Shown here in pieces: positions 26,934-40,452 of a DNA stretch of 64,000 bases (the first letter of the stretch is position 1; each line of letters opens with the position of its first letter). The notes under the pieces were generated by a model. That model worked only from the letters and a program-made list of their open reading frames with translations, ran no database searches and was not told the origin of the DNA. The translations under genes were made by a program, and so were the position numbers. The DNA comes from Yuukianura sp. NJ FZ-2021 (Eukaryota): the NCBI GenBank assembly GCA_046563655.1, contig CM102290.1, forward strand, positions 6,634,001 to 6,698,000, read 5' to 3'.

Positions 26934-27354
26934 TTTTAAGTTACACTATTTCTAAGTTATAGCCGTTATTTTAAGTCACATAATGAAAAACCAAATCTAG
27001 TTTGAAGAATAATAAACTCCATTCTTATCTGAAAAAAAAAATTGAAATTGAAAGCAATTGACTTCAAAAATGAGGAATGAGGAATGAATTGAGGAATGAC
27101 AAAACAAATGAGAATGAGTTGAAGAAGTTGAATTAATGTCAATATTGTTCTTTTTCTTGAACAACAATATTTTCCCGCCAAATAAATTTCTCAAACGACC
27201 CCAGCAGAGTTAGGAGGCTAACTAACGGAAGTTACGCGTCAAACGTACCTTTTAGCGTCAGTCATACCATGTGATAAGTAACTTTTGAGTTTTGACTCTC
27301 AATGAACTTCTAGTCCTACGCATCGTCGTCGTGTCGTGATTAATGATAAGATAA

Positions 27355-30007
27355 TTAAGCGGATCGTGTAATTGTAACCGTACGATGTGGACTTCGGAGG
27401 CGTTGGAGGTCAAAATTCATTTTCAATTTGCAATTTGCAAGCGATTTGCACTGTTTGCAAGGACACTTTTGTACAATTTCCCACTTTTGTCCGTTGACGC
27501 AATCGCATGGGTAATGACTGTCTGAGACGAGTGGCAACTTGTTGGGCATGTCCACTAAGGAAGTGAATTCCTACAAATTGAAAATTGAAAAATTGCGTCG
27601 AAGTTTTGACTTATTTGTTAAGCTTAATTTAAGTGTTCCAAACTCGGTGAAACACGTTTAACCTAAAATTTCATCAAAAGTTGTTTGTTCATCGGAGTAA
27701 ACCACACGATCTCAGAATAGCCGACGTGGTTCGTAAACCCAAACCTGAAAAAACGATTTCAAGTGCGCATGACCAACATTGGTATGTGCTGGATGCTGGA
27801 TGAAGTACAAGCGTGAACCGACCTGGACAAACTCCGTCACCGACTTGACCTCGGAGGTCATATCACATCATGCCGAAGACCCAGTTCTTAATATCTCTGG
27901 ATGTAAATTGGTAGTGATTTTGTTGTTAGTGCGGAAATGCTTTTCCCACTTCTTCGTAAACAGCGATTCAATTTCGGCCTCTGATTGGCCAACGGCGGCT
28001 GTCGGATGAAGCGATTTGAGACAAAGTGCCATACGTTTTGTAAATTAGAATTAGCTTCTCTTGTAGAGGTTCCCTAAACATTGTTTTTCAATCAATTATT
28101 TATTTGTTGACTTCGGCGGCACACCCTATCAGCATGAATGTAAATTTCAGGTAGATCATAATATCTCCCTAAACATTGTTTTTGATATTATAAAACAATG
28201 AAAATTCTTTTTGAAAAAAAATGTTTTCAAAATTTTTAGTTTCGTCAAAACTCACGTGACGATGCAGTAGGGAATGTTGGAAGTGAATCTTTGGGGAAAG
28301 TCTGTAGCGTCCATCTGAACTTCTCAGCGAGATGCTGACAATAATTTTGACATTCCTGATCCAAATCCCAAATTGGTATCGTAGTAGAATCTTTATGCGT
28401 GATGAGGATAAGGCAGTCGAATCCGAATTTAGCCGTTCGACAATGGATGATAAGCAGTGACTCTCCCCAAAGTCAAAGGTTGTAACTCAAGCGCAGTTTG
28501 AGCCCAGTGACATGCCAGATTCAGCAACAGCAACTTGAATGTCCATGACATTCTTTTACCGTTTTCTCACTCTTTGTTTTTGAACAATTTCAGGAACTGC
28601 CACTTCAGTATTTTTGTCCTTCTTCCAACGCGTCTTACTTTCTTGTTAAACAACTGCAGCAACTGGAGCTCCTAGTTTAGTATCCTTTACCTTCTTCGAC
28701 CCACTAGTTATGGAATCCACTTTGGCTTTCGAGTTTCGCTTTCATCCGACACTGTTCGGAGCAGAAGACTTTGGTGATACTACTTCTGAATCCTTCCTTC
28801 CAATCGCCTTTCATTCGTCCCATGGATTTCTTAACCTTGGATAAAGCAAGGATTCGATTTCAACTTCACGCTCTCATAATTTTTTCTAATTTTCTAATTT
28901 TGAACTTTAATACGCGATATTCTGATGCTGATACTGCTGAATTTTTAGACATCAGTGACAATTCCAGCGGCTTGTTGATTCTGGAAGATTCCTTGAGCTG
29001 TGATTGGATGCTGACGTTGGGCAGCGAGGAGCTACAATTTTGAACGACTTCACTAAGCACCTGATCAGCTTTGGTCATCGAATCGCTGCTGCAGAGCTTA
29101 ACCAAAATCGCTTTATGTTTGGGCTGGAATGTTGGCGCTGCTGATGCTGGAGCTGGAGTTTTCTCGCAGTATAACCTTTGACCCGGGGAGTCTGAAAAAT
29201 CAAAGGGCACAATTTTCCTCTGATTGTGGTCACGACTAACATTGTTCAAGCCAAAACTTTTCAAAATGTGGTATTTTTAGTGGGGCGGATTGTTAATGTT
29301 AACACTTTGATGAAAATTAGAAGATAAAGGTAGTACATTTCTTGCTCATGCGAAATACTTTGACAAAACATGATTTCAGCGTAATTCTGGAAGGTGTCCT
29401 TTATGTTCTAGCGTCGTGTCCGATGGCCTCTGGAATACTATTTTCAAAATATTGGCTTTCTGTCGCTCGTTTCCTGCTTCATGTTGGAGTTATGCGATCG
29501 TTCTGTTGGTAATTTTGCTCTTGAAATGCGGTTTATCCTTACTGCTGCCCAAATTTCCCAAAATGGAAACTTTCATTGACTTTCTGATAGCATTTCCGCT
29601 GATTAGCAGCGGATACTGATTTCTGAGTAATCGGTTGCTGAATTTCAGACTTCTGGGTAATCCAATGGTGAGTCAACAATATGGTGATTCTCAGATTTTT
29701 GAATAATCGATTGATCTGCTGATTTCCGAGTGATCGATTGCAGATTTTCCGATTTCTGAGTAATCGATTGCTAGTCCATTGGTTCCAGTATTAGTGGCAT
29801 CATGCCCCTGGCCGTTGCAGCAGTCATGTGGTAATCGAGTAAAACGTTGTATGACTTGACTCTTGTCTTGCCGACTTAAATCTCTGCTAGGTGTCGTGGC
29901 AAATAGTCTATAGTGAACTGAGTTGGAAATGACACGACATGCTGCGACCACTGAAGCACCAGATGATACCCATCTTCATTTCATCTTCGTCTTAGATTCT
30001 AACTCAT
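27355..30007 (-). pseudogene. Heavily decayed multi-exon gene, possibly a Mutator (MULE) transposase with SWIM finger
   Basis: Across stops and frameshifts: LLSAS.EVQMDAT.FP (MDGTF-like), AVYEEVGKAFP (A..FP..C.FH-like), CDC...PCK (SWIM-like). Long low-complexity N-terminus. Confidence 0.35.
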
Positions 30008-32000
30008 AGACTCTTTTTCAAAAATAAATTTCAACAAAGAAAATTTCGAAATTTCAAAACTCATTCTTGAAAATCCTACCCACTGCTCGGCTGGAACTGA
30101 AATTTCTGCAGTGGTTGGCAGCCGATTAAAACAAATGTGAATCTCGACTTCTTAAATTTTTAAATTTCCTCCGCTAGTTTTCTCGATAAAAACCACTGCA
30201 GCTTGCCAGGTCAAAGGTCGAGTGACCCGCCAATGTTTTTAAAGAGGGTGGGTGTGGTGGGTCTAGTGGGAGGTGGGGCTGTGTCTAATACTTTCCCTTT
30301 CAATCTTAAATCTCCTTCATCCATTCTCCTCCGAAATGCAATGGAGAGACGCATCTCGACAGATTATTTTTCCTCATCTTCCTCCATACCTAACCTTAGC
30401 CTAACTGTAAAACCTAACATAGAACCTAACATCCTAAAACATACTGACACAAGATAAACGCCCTAATCTCATTCCACCTACTTTCTTTTCTTTTACTACT
30501 TTCTACTTTCACTGCCACAAAACAGAGAAAACGAGAAAAAAGTGACTTTTATAGAATTCAAAAAAAACTTACTCAGAAAAATTCAAAAAACTTATGTTTA
30601 AAAAGTTTCTAAAAGTCTACGTTTTTTTAAGCAGTACAAATCTCCGAAGCATTTCTGAACTATACTCAAAACTGTGTAATAATTTTCAATTTTTTAAAAA
30701 TTTTGTGTCCTGCAAGTTTGTACTTCAGTTTAGAACAGTTTAGTTATATTTTGGTCGAAATTTGGAAAACGAAAGTTCTGTATTTGGTTTTTCGAAATTC
30801 CTTGTTCTTTTTTTTGGAATTGGTCACCCGTTTTGGAGAAATTGGTTTGTTCAAACATGTTCTAAATTTGAAATTGGTTTCGGCGGGGTTTTGTGACTTT
30901 GTGTGTAAGTGAATCCATAATCTTAATCAAAGGGACTTTAGTCACTGCGGGGGAGTTGTAATTGGTTTCACTTAAGATTAGCCACAAATTAACCAATCAA
31001 AGTCAAACTTTCCACAATTCTGGAAGTCTTTACTTGATACACTTGTACCACTTTCTCCACTCGTCGAAGGGCCCCCCAATTTTCACTGGAGGTGATTAAC
31101 GACCCTGGCGGTAAATCAAGGAAATTGGCTCCCGAAGGGCTTTCCTCCCTTCAAGTTCTTCATTAAGGGTCCCCCTTTTGAGTAATCCAGAAGTGAAATG
31201 GTAAATTGAGCAGCATAAATCTATACAGTCAACATGTAATCCAACATGTAATTCGCATAATTTTACAATTCAAACAGCCCTGGGATTCGAAAAGGAGTCA
31301 AGTACAGATTTAAATAATGTTAACGGCTCACTCACATGTCAATTTTCAGTTTATACAAACGTCAAACCCCACTTAACCCGTCTATTAAAGTGTTGATCCC
31401 TACAAGACTTCTAAAGTGTCGCACAATCTCCCGAAAAACTTGTAATTTTTAATAAGTTTTTTCAAGTTTTTTAAAAACTAAAAAAAATTCGATTAGAAAA
31501 AGATTTTATTTTCTCGTTAGCGCAACACTTGGAATATATAATTTGCCAAATTGGGGCGTACCCCAACCTTATCGATTATTGAATATTTTCGGTCCTTTCA
31601 GTTTTTATTTGCACTTTTTGTTTGTTTCTAATATTTATTCAAAAAATCCCCTACATAAACATTTGAATGACGAGGGAAAGCTAGCATCGCGTGTGACTGG
31701 TACAGAGATGTAATCTTCAAGTTCAATGTTAACTTGAAAAGTTATGAGAAATAACAACAGTAAATTCTATTATAAAATTGACATTTGATTACAACATTCC
31801 CAATAGTTATAGTATTTGCATCAGGTGGGGCGTAGCAGTTTGCTTCGCCGAACATATTACAATTTGAAATTGTAATATCGAAAATGTCATCTTTTATACG
31901 GAAAACTGCTTTTTTTTCTTCACAAATTGTTAAGATGTCATCTTTCACACGGGAAATTGCTTTCTCTTCACAAAATGTCAATGTCGAATGGTGTGGCAGT

Positions 32001-35000
32001 TTATTATAATAGCGAAGCTATTATGATAAAAGAGGTTTGTCTGTCCGTCCGTCCCTCTGTCCGTCCGTCCCTCTGTCCGTCCGTCCGGATCACGTACCTC
32101 GGAAACTACTGGTCCGATTTGATTCCGGTTTTCACCAGTGACCATGTCATGACCCGGACTTGGTCACTATTGAATATGACCCCCGTGTGTCAACTCCTTC
32201 CTCGTCAAAGGTCAAGGTCAACCAGTTTTATCCCCGGTAACCGGGAAAATGACCTCTACAAAAGTTGTTCATCTCATCGAGGGGAACAACTTTTGTGTTT
32301 AATGTGTGACCCTAGGTCACCTGCTTCTGGGTCAAAATGGATTTCAATGGTCATTTGTAATGCACGTGTGGGTACAAAAAACTCTGCTTGTGAGAATGGA
32401 AAGGCAATTGGCATGGGACTTGATTCTCTGCTTAGCAAAAAATCTATTACGCAGTTGACATATACACTTTACACCCTCATGCATTGTGTCCACCGTGTGT
32501 CACCTGTCACTTGCCGGGTGTCACCTGTCACGTGCCTCGTGTCACCTGTCACTCACGCTCAAGTGTCACTTGAAGGGTGTCACCTGTCACGTCTCACCTG
32601 TCACTTGTCACGCCTCAGCTGTCACGTCTCACCTGTCAACACCCCCTGGGGGGCGGGAAAGTGGGGGGGGGGAAACACCTCCTCTGCCCCGTGGAACCAC
32701 CCCCTCTCCTCCGGGGAACCACCCCCTCTCCCCCGGGGAACCACCCCCTCTCCCCCGGGGAACCACCCCCTCTCCCCCGGGGAACCAGCCCCTCTCCCCC
32801 AGGGAACCCACCCCCGCGCTCCCTGGGGTGCGGAGCAAAAAAGTGCGGGGAACACCCCCACTCCACCTGGGGGGCGGGAAATTGGGAGAACACCCCCCCC
32901 TCCCGCGCTCCCTGGGGTGCGGAGCAAAAAAGTGCGGGGAACACCCCCACTCCCCCTGGAAGGGGGGTCGGAAAAGTGGGGGAACACAACCACTCACCCT
33001 GGGGGGGGCGGGAAAGTGGGGGAACACAACCACTCACCCTGGGGGGGGGCGGGAAAGTGGGGGGAACACACCCCCATTCCACCGGGGGGGGGGGCGGGAA
33101 AGTGGCGGGAACACACCTCCACTCCCCCGGGGGGGGGGGGCGAGATAGTGGGGGGAACACATCCCCTTCGGGGGGCCTTATCTTCGCTATTATCATTATG
33201 GGCGGTTTACAACCGGTTTATTATAATAGCGAAGCTATTATGATAAAAGTGGTTTGTCTGTCTGTCTGTCTGTCCGTCTGTCTGTCTGTCCAGATTAATT
33301 ATCTCAGAAACTACTGGTCCGATTTGATTCCGGTTTTCACCAGTGACCATGTCATGACCCGGGCTTGGTCACTATTGAATATGACCCCCGCGTGTTAACT
33401 CCTTCCGGGTCAAAGGTCAAGGTCAACCGGTTTTATCCCTGGTAACCGGGAAAATGACTTCTACAAAAGTTGTTCATCTCATCGAGGGGAACAACTTTTG
33501 TGTGTAATGTGTGACCCTAGGTCACCTGCTTCCGGGTCAAAATCGATTTCAAAGGTCACTTGCAAGTGTGTGTAACAAAAACTCTTCTTGTGAGACTGGG
33601 AAGGCAATTGGCGTGGGACTTGGTTCTCTGCTTAGCAAAAAATCTATTACGCAGTTGACATAGACACTTTACACACTCATGCACTGTGTCCACCGGGTGT
33701 CACCTGCCACCTGTCACTTGCCGGGTGTCACCTGTCACCCTCAAGTGTCACTTGCCGGGTGTCACCTGTCACATACCGGGTGTCACCTGTCACCCTCAAG
33801 TGTCACTTGCCGGGTGTCACCTGTCACGTCTCACCTGTCACCTGTCACGCCTCAGCTGTCACGTCTCACCTTTCAACGCCCCCTGGAGAAGGGCGGGAAA
33901 GTGGGGGGAACACACCCCCACTGCCGTGGGGGGGGGCGGAAAAGTTGGGGGAACACACCCCCACGCTTCCTGGGGTGCGGAGCAAAAAAGCGGCAAAACA
34001 TACCCCCACTCCCCCCGGGGGGGAGGCAGGAAAGTGGTAGGGAACAAACCCCCTTCGGGGGGCCTATTGCTTCGCTATTATCAGTATGGGCGGTTTACAA
34101 CCGGTTTATTATAATAGCGAAGCTATTATGATAAAAGTGGTTTGTCTGTCCTCCCCTCTGTCCGTCCGTCCGGATCATGTACCTCGGAAACTACTGGTCC
34201 GATTTGATTCCGGTTTTCACCAGTGACCATGTCATGACCCGGGCTTGGTCACTATTGAATATGACCCCCGCGTGTTAACTCCTTCCGGGTCAAAGGTCAA
34301 GGTCAACCGGTTTTATCCCTGGTAACCGGGAAAATGACTTCTACAAAAGTTGTTCATCTCATCGAGGGGAACAACTTTTGTGTGTAATGTGTGACCCTAG
34401 GTCACCTGCTTCCGGGTCAAAATCGATTTCAAAGGTCACTTGCAAGTGTGTGTAACAAAAACTCTTCTTGTGAGACTGGGAAGGCAATTGGCGTGGGACT
34501 TGGTTCTCTGCTTAGCACAAAATCTATTACGCAGTTGACATAGACACTTTACACACTCATGCACTGTGTCCACCGGGTGTCACCTGCCACCTGTCACTTG
34601 CCGGGTGTCACCTGTCACCCTCAAGTGTCACTTGCCGGGTGTCACCTGTCACATACCGGGTGTCACCTGTCACCCTCAAGTGTCACTTGCCGGGTGTCAC
34701 CTGTCACGTCTCACCTGTCACCTGTCACGCCTCAGCTGTCACGTCTCACCTTTCAACGCCCCCTGGGGAAGGGCGGGAAAGTGGGGGGAACACACCCCCA
34801 CTGCCGTGGGGCGGAAAAGTTGGGGAACACACCCCCACGCTTCCTGGGGCGGGAAAGTGGGGGAACACACCCCCACGCCTCCTGGGGGGACGGGGAAGTG
34901 GGGGAACACACCCCCACGCTTCCTGGGGTGCGGAGCAAAAAAGCGGCAAAACATACCCCCACTCCCCCCGGGGGGGAGGCAGGAAAGTGGTAGGGAACAA

Positions 35001-38000
35001 ACCCCCTTCGGGGGGCCTATTGCTTCGCTATTATCAGTATGGGCGGTTTACAACCGGTTTATTATAATAGCGAAGCTATTATGATAAAAGTGGTTTGTCT
35101 GTCTGTCTGTCTGTCCGTCTGTCTGTCTGTCCGTCTGTCTGTCCAGATTAATTATCTCAGAAACTACTGGTCCGATTTGATTCCGGTTTTCACCAGTGAC
35201 CATGTCATGACCCGGGCTTGGTCACTATTGAATATGACCCCCGTGTGTCAACTCCTTCCGGGTCAAAGGTCAAGGTCAACCGGTTTTATCCCCGGTAACC
35301 GGGAAAATGACCTCTACAAAAGTTGTTCATCTCATCGAGTGGAACAACTTTAGTGTTTAATGTGTGACCCTAGGTCACCTCCTTCCAGGGTCAAAATTGA
35401 TTTCAAAGGTCATTTGTAATGCAAGTGTGGGTACAAAAAACTCTGCTTGTGAGACTGGAAAGGCAATTGGCATGGGACTTGATTCTCTGCTTAGCAAAAA
35501 ATCTATTACGCAGTTGACAGATACACTTCACACACTCATGCACTGTGTCCACCGGGTGTCACCTGTCACCTGGCGGGTGTCACCTGTCACCTCTCAGTTG
35601 CCGGGTGTCACCTGTCACCTGTCACGTCTCAGCTGTCACGTCTTACCTGTCACCTGTCACGCCTCAGCTGTCACGTCTCACCTGTCACCTGCCGGGTGTC
35701 ACCTGTCACCTCTCAGTTGCCGGGTGTCACCTGTCACCTGTCACGTCTCAGCTGTCACGTCTCACCTGTCACCTGTCACGCCTCAGCTGTCACGTCTCAC
35801 CTGTCACCTGTCACGCCTCAGCTGTCACGTCTCACCTGTCACGCCTCAGCTGTCACGTCTCACCTGTCAACACCCCCTGGGGGGGGCGGGAGAGTGGGAG
35901 AACACACTCCTACTCCCCGGGGGGGGGCGGGAAAGTGGGGGAAACACACCCCCACTACCCCGGGGGGGAGGCGGGAAAGTGGGGGGAACAAACCCCCTTC
36001 GGGGGGCCTATTGCTTCGCTATTATCATTATGGGCGGTTTACAACCGGTTTATTATAATAGCGAAGCTATTATGATAAAAGTGGTTTGTCTGTCCTCCCC
36101 TCTGTCCGTCCGTCCGGATCATGTACCTCGGAAACTACTGGTCCGATTTGATTCCGGTTTTCACCAGTGACCATGTCATGACCCGGGCTTGGTCACTATT
36201 GAATATGACCCCCGTGTGTCAACTCCTTCCGGGTCAAAGGTCAAGGTCAACCGGTTTTATCCCCGGTAACCGGGAAAATGACCTCTACAAAAGTTGTTCA
36301 TCTCATCGAGTGGAACAACTTTAGTGTTTAATGTGTGACCCTAGGTCACCTCCTTCCGGGTCAAAATTGATTTCAAAGGTCATTTGTAATGCAAGTGTGG
36401 GTACAAAAAACTCTGCTTGTGAGACTGGAAAGGCAATTGGCATGGGACTTGATTCTCTGCTTAGCAAAAAATCTATTACGCAGTTGACAGATACACTTCA
36501 CACACTCATGCACTGTGTCCACCGGGTGTCACCTGTCACCTGGCGGGTGTCACCTGTCACCTCTCAGTTGCCGGGTGTCACCTGTCACCTGTCACGTCTC
36601 AGCTGTCACGTCTTACCTGTCACCTGTCACGCCTCAGCTGTCACGTCTCACCTGTCACCTGCCGGGTGTCACCTGTCACCTCTCAGTTGCCGGGTGTCAC
36701 CTGTCACCTGTCACGTCTCAGCTGTCACGTCTCACCTGTCACCTGTCACGCCTCAGCTGTCACGTCTCACCTGTCACCTGTCACGCCTCAGCTGTCACGT
36801 CTCACCTGTCACGCCTCAGCTGTCACGTCTCACCTGTCAACACCCCCTGGGGGGGCGGGAGAGTGGGAGAACACACTCCTACTCCCCGGGGGGGGGCGGG
36901 AAAGTGGGGGAAACACACCCCCACTACCCCGGGGGGGAGGCGGGAAAGTGGGGGGAACAAACCCCCTTCGGGGGGCCTATTGCTTCGCTATTATCATTAT
37001 GGGCGGTTTACAACCGGTTTATTATAATAGCGAAGCTATTATGATAAAAGTGGTTTGTCTGTCCTCCCCTCTGTCCGTCCGTCCGGATCATGTACCTCGG
37101 AAACTACTGGTCCGATTTGATTCCGGTTTTCACCAGTGACCATGTCATGACCCGGGCTTGGTCACTATTGAATATGACCCCCGTGTGTCAACTCCTTCCG
37201 GGTCAAAGGTCAAGGTCAACCGGTTTTATCCCCGGTAACATGCAAAATGACCTCTACAAAAGTTGTTCATCTCATTGAGACTAACAACTTTTGTGTGTAA
37301 TGTGTGACCCTAGGTCACCTCCTTCCGGGTCAAAATTGATTTCAAAGGTCATTTGTAATGCAAGTGTGGGTACAAAAAACTCTGCTTGTGAGACTGGAAA
37401 GGCAATTGGCATGGGACTTGATTCTGTGCTTAGCAAAAAATCTTTTACGCAGTTGACACATACACACTCATGCACTGTGTCCAGTGTCGCCTATACATTC
37501 GTTCTGTTGTTGCTTCATCCGAATCCCACCTCTCCACATCTTTGTTTGAAGTCACTGCGACACCCCATGGGGGGTGAGGAAGTGGGGGGACCCGCCCCGT
37601 CTCCCCCGGGGAACACACCCCTTCTCCCCCGGGACACCCACCCCCTCTCCCCCGGGGAACACACCCCCTCTCCCCCGGGAAACACACCCCTTCTCCCCCG
37701 GGGAACACACCCCCTCTCCCCCGGAGAACACACCCCTTCTCCCCCGGGGCAGTCACCCCCTCTCCCGCGGGGCACTCACCTCCTCTTTCCTGGAACACCC
37801 ACCCCCTCTCCCCCGGGGCACTCACCTCCTCTTTCCTGGAACACCCACCCCCTCTCCGCCGGGGCACTCACCTCCTCTTTCCTGCGGCACCCACCTTGTC
37901 TCCCCCGGGACACCCACCCCCTCTCCCCCGGGGAACACACCCCCTCTCCCCCGGGAAACACACCCCTTCTCCCCCGGGGAACACACCCCCTCTCCCCCGG

Positions 38001-38613
38001 GAAACACACCCCCTCTCCCCCGGAGAACACACCCCCTCTCCCCTGGGGAACACACCCCCTCTCCCCCGGAGAACACACCCCCTCTTCCCCGGGGAACACA
38101 CCCCTTCTCCCCCGGGGCAGTCACCCCCTCTCCCCCGGGGCACTCACCTCCTCTTTCCTGGAACACCCACCCCCTCTCCCCCGGGGCACTCACCTCCTCT
38201 TTCCTGCGGCACCCACCTTGTATCCCCCGGGACACCCACCCCCTCTCCCCCGGGGAACACACCACCTCTCCCCCGGGGAACACACCCCCTCTCCCCCGGG
38301 GAACACACCACCTCTCCCCCGGGGAACCACCCCATCGCCCCCGGGGAACACACCCCCTCTCCCCCGGGGAACACACCCCCTCTCCCCCGGGGAACACCCC
38401 CCGCGCTCCCTGGGGTGCGGAGCAAAAAAGTGGGGGAACACCCTCCGGAAAGTGGCGGAACGCACCCCCTCGCTCCCTGGGGTGCGGAGCAAAAAAGTGG
38501 GGGGAACACCTCCACTCTCTTTGGGGGGGGAGGCGGGAAAGTGGGGGAACAAACCCCCTTCGGGGGGCCCCATTACTTCGCTATTATCAGTATGCGCGGT
38601 TTACAACCGGTTT
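32001..38613 (+). repeat. Head-to-tail array of six HINE-like units with internal minisatellites
   Basis: Units start at ~32001, 33218, 34106, 35059, 36050 and 37019. Each has a 5' hairpin ATAATAGC-GAA-GCTATTAT, a (GTCT/GTCC)n tract, G/C-rich repeats, a 3' subTIR CTTCGCTATTAT and hairpin CGGTT-TAC-AACCG. TGTCACC repeats in units 1-5. Confidence 0.88.
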
Positions 38614-38839
38614 ATTTCTTGTAAAAGTTGGCAAATTTATAACGCGTTGTCGGATACGATGGCGGTCACCAAACCTTACGGCAACCAACCGGGAGATGCA
38701 TTTCCGAGTTATCCGTGTAATAGTTTCCCATACTGTTTTTTTACGGAGAAATATTGTGTCAACGTGAGGATTAATTACACCTGTCTAGCAGTATATCGTA
38801 ACTACGATTACCATGTATTTTGGCTACGATAAGCAACAA

Positions 38840-40452
38840 CCCAAGTAGCAAAGTTACATAGATGCGATTTGGATTCTATCTAGTTTCAACTCGTTGTCTA
38901 CAAAGAATCTGGGTAGAATTTGTCGGAATCGATTTCGAATCCTTCCTGCTTCTACCCCGTATCTTGCCAGATATGGTCAGGAATTTGATGAGATTTCACT
39001 TAGACCGAAAGTTGGAAATCATTTGGATTTCTCAGAGACGTTCCTGCTCCAATCCGAAATAGTCTATGTATAAAAAACGGTATTCCTGAATTAAAATTCT
39101 AAAAATTGCAACTAAATTCAGATTAAGACGAACAAGTTAAGTTTATTTTTCGGAACGTAAAAATAAAGTTTTTGAGAATCTAAATGTAAAACTTAAGTAG
39201 CGTTTTTTACGAGCTGATATCTTCAGGTAGTGTCTCGGGAGGCGCAGCATTGTCCTTTGCAGTAGTTTCCAACCTGGACAGCACGGATTTAATTAATTAC
39301 AAATAAAAATTTTCAAAATTTATACGTCAGGGAATTATTCTCACCGCTTCAATCGTTTATTTTCTCAGTCTCCTTCTTTTACAAGCCAGCATATTGCCAT
39401 ATCCTCCTTCACGGTCTGCTTTACCCCACCGCCTACCGCATCTGAAAAAAATGTGTTTAAACTTGGGTTTAAAGTTGCACATTGAAACTGTAAATAACTC
39501 TGGTTTAAAGTTTCACATACCTACCTTTGATATTGATCCAAATATTAACAAGATCCAAAGGAACCTGTGCTTCTTACGACGCCCGAGATAGCTGAATCTG
39601 CAACCTAGACTGTCATCAAAAATACGTCGCATGATCCTATCCAATACTTCCTCGTCATTCTTCCCTCCAAATGACTTGCAAGCAGATTGTCTAAATATAA
39701 ATAAAATTTAAACATATTAAGTACACTAGTTTAGTCAATGTGATTAAATTATGTTAGAAAAATTATGTAAGATTGCGGTTCTATTTACACTTACAAATTC
39801 CTTTCGAATTTCGTCGTCACCCAATTTCTTCTCTAACTTAAGAAGGATCATGCGCTTCTTAATTTGCGAATTCGGAAGCTTATCCAGCACATATCCGAAT
39901 ACTTGAGCAGAACTTTGAGGTTGATTAGCCGATGATAAGAAATTTGATGAAACTGAAATTTCAGAATGCTGTCGGTCTCCTGTCCATCTTCATCAGTGGA
40001 AGAGTTGAAATAACTACTTTTACTCACGTTTAACAAGCTTACGACCAACGTTTTAAGGGATGCGGTACTGAGAATCAAGTCTAATTACTCAATATTAAAC
40101 TAAAGAACTGAATCTTTACTAATCGTTTGCAACTCAGCAACAAACATAGTCGAGAAGGATTTTGATTTTAAAATGTGTCTTTGAGACAGTGCTGAGAGTG
40201 ACACTGATAACGGTTCTGAGACTTGCCGAAACGATTCGGGATGGATTCTACCAAGCTTCTGAGAAGCTAGAATGTTCCCCTAGTAATCCGGCAAGACTAG
40301 TCTAACCAATATCTGGCAAATCGTGTACAAAGATAAAAACTAAGAAATCAACATAGTTTCTTGCTGGAATCTCTCAAATTTTCCGAATATAGAGTTCATA
40401 TCGCTGTTTCCGTTAAAAATCTACAGAGACTCGGGCAACTCTGCTACTTGGG
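38840..40452 (-). mobile_element. Non-autonomous CACTA/EnSpm-like element (CCC termini) with DUF4806-like remnant
   Basis: TIRs CCCAAGTAGCA(A/G)AGTT, 2-bp TSD AA. Minus-strand exon FGGKNDEEVLDRIMRRIFDDSLGCRFSYLGRRKK (~39560-39690). Confidence 0.72.

Larger units (their letters stand above)
14499..27041 (+). mobile_element. Full-length L1/Tx1-like non-LTR retrotransposon, interrupted by a BEL element
   Basis: ORF1 and ORF2, AATAAA at ~27011, A-tail at 27032-27041. Candidate TSD AAATTGAAATTGA (14486-14498, 27039-27051). Confidence 0.8.

Noticed and set aside
30388..30440. CCTAA-like telomeric repeats
   Set aside because: Few, degenerate and interspersed; such motifs are common in arthropod transposon ends.
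32001..38613. Regularly recurring palindromic repeat resembling a CRISPR array
   Set aside because: The intervening sequences are ~1-kb homologous units rather than unique spacers; eukaryotic context and no cas genes.
31927..38832. Many long Pro/Gly/Cys/His-rich ORFs on both strands
   Set aside because: By-products of stop-free TGTCACC and G/C minisatellites in the HINE array; open in nearly all frames.
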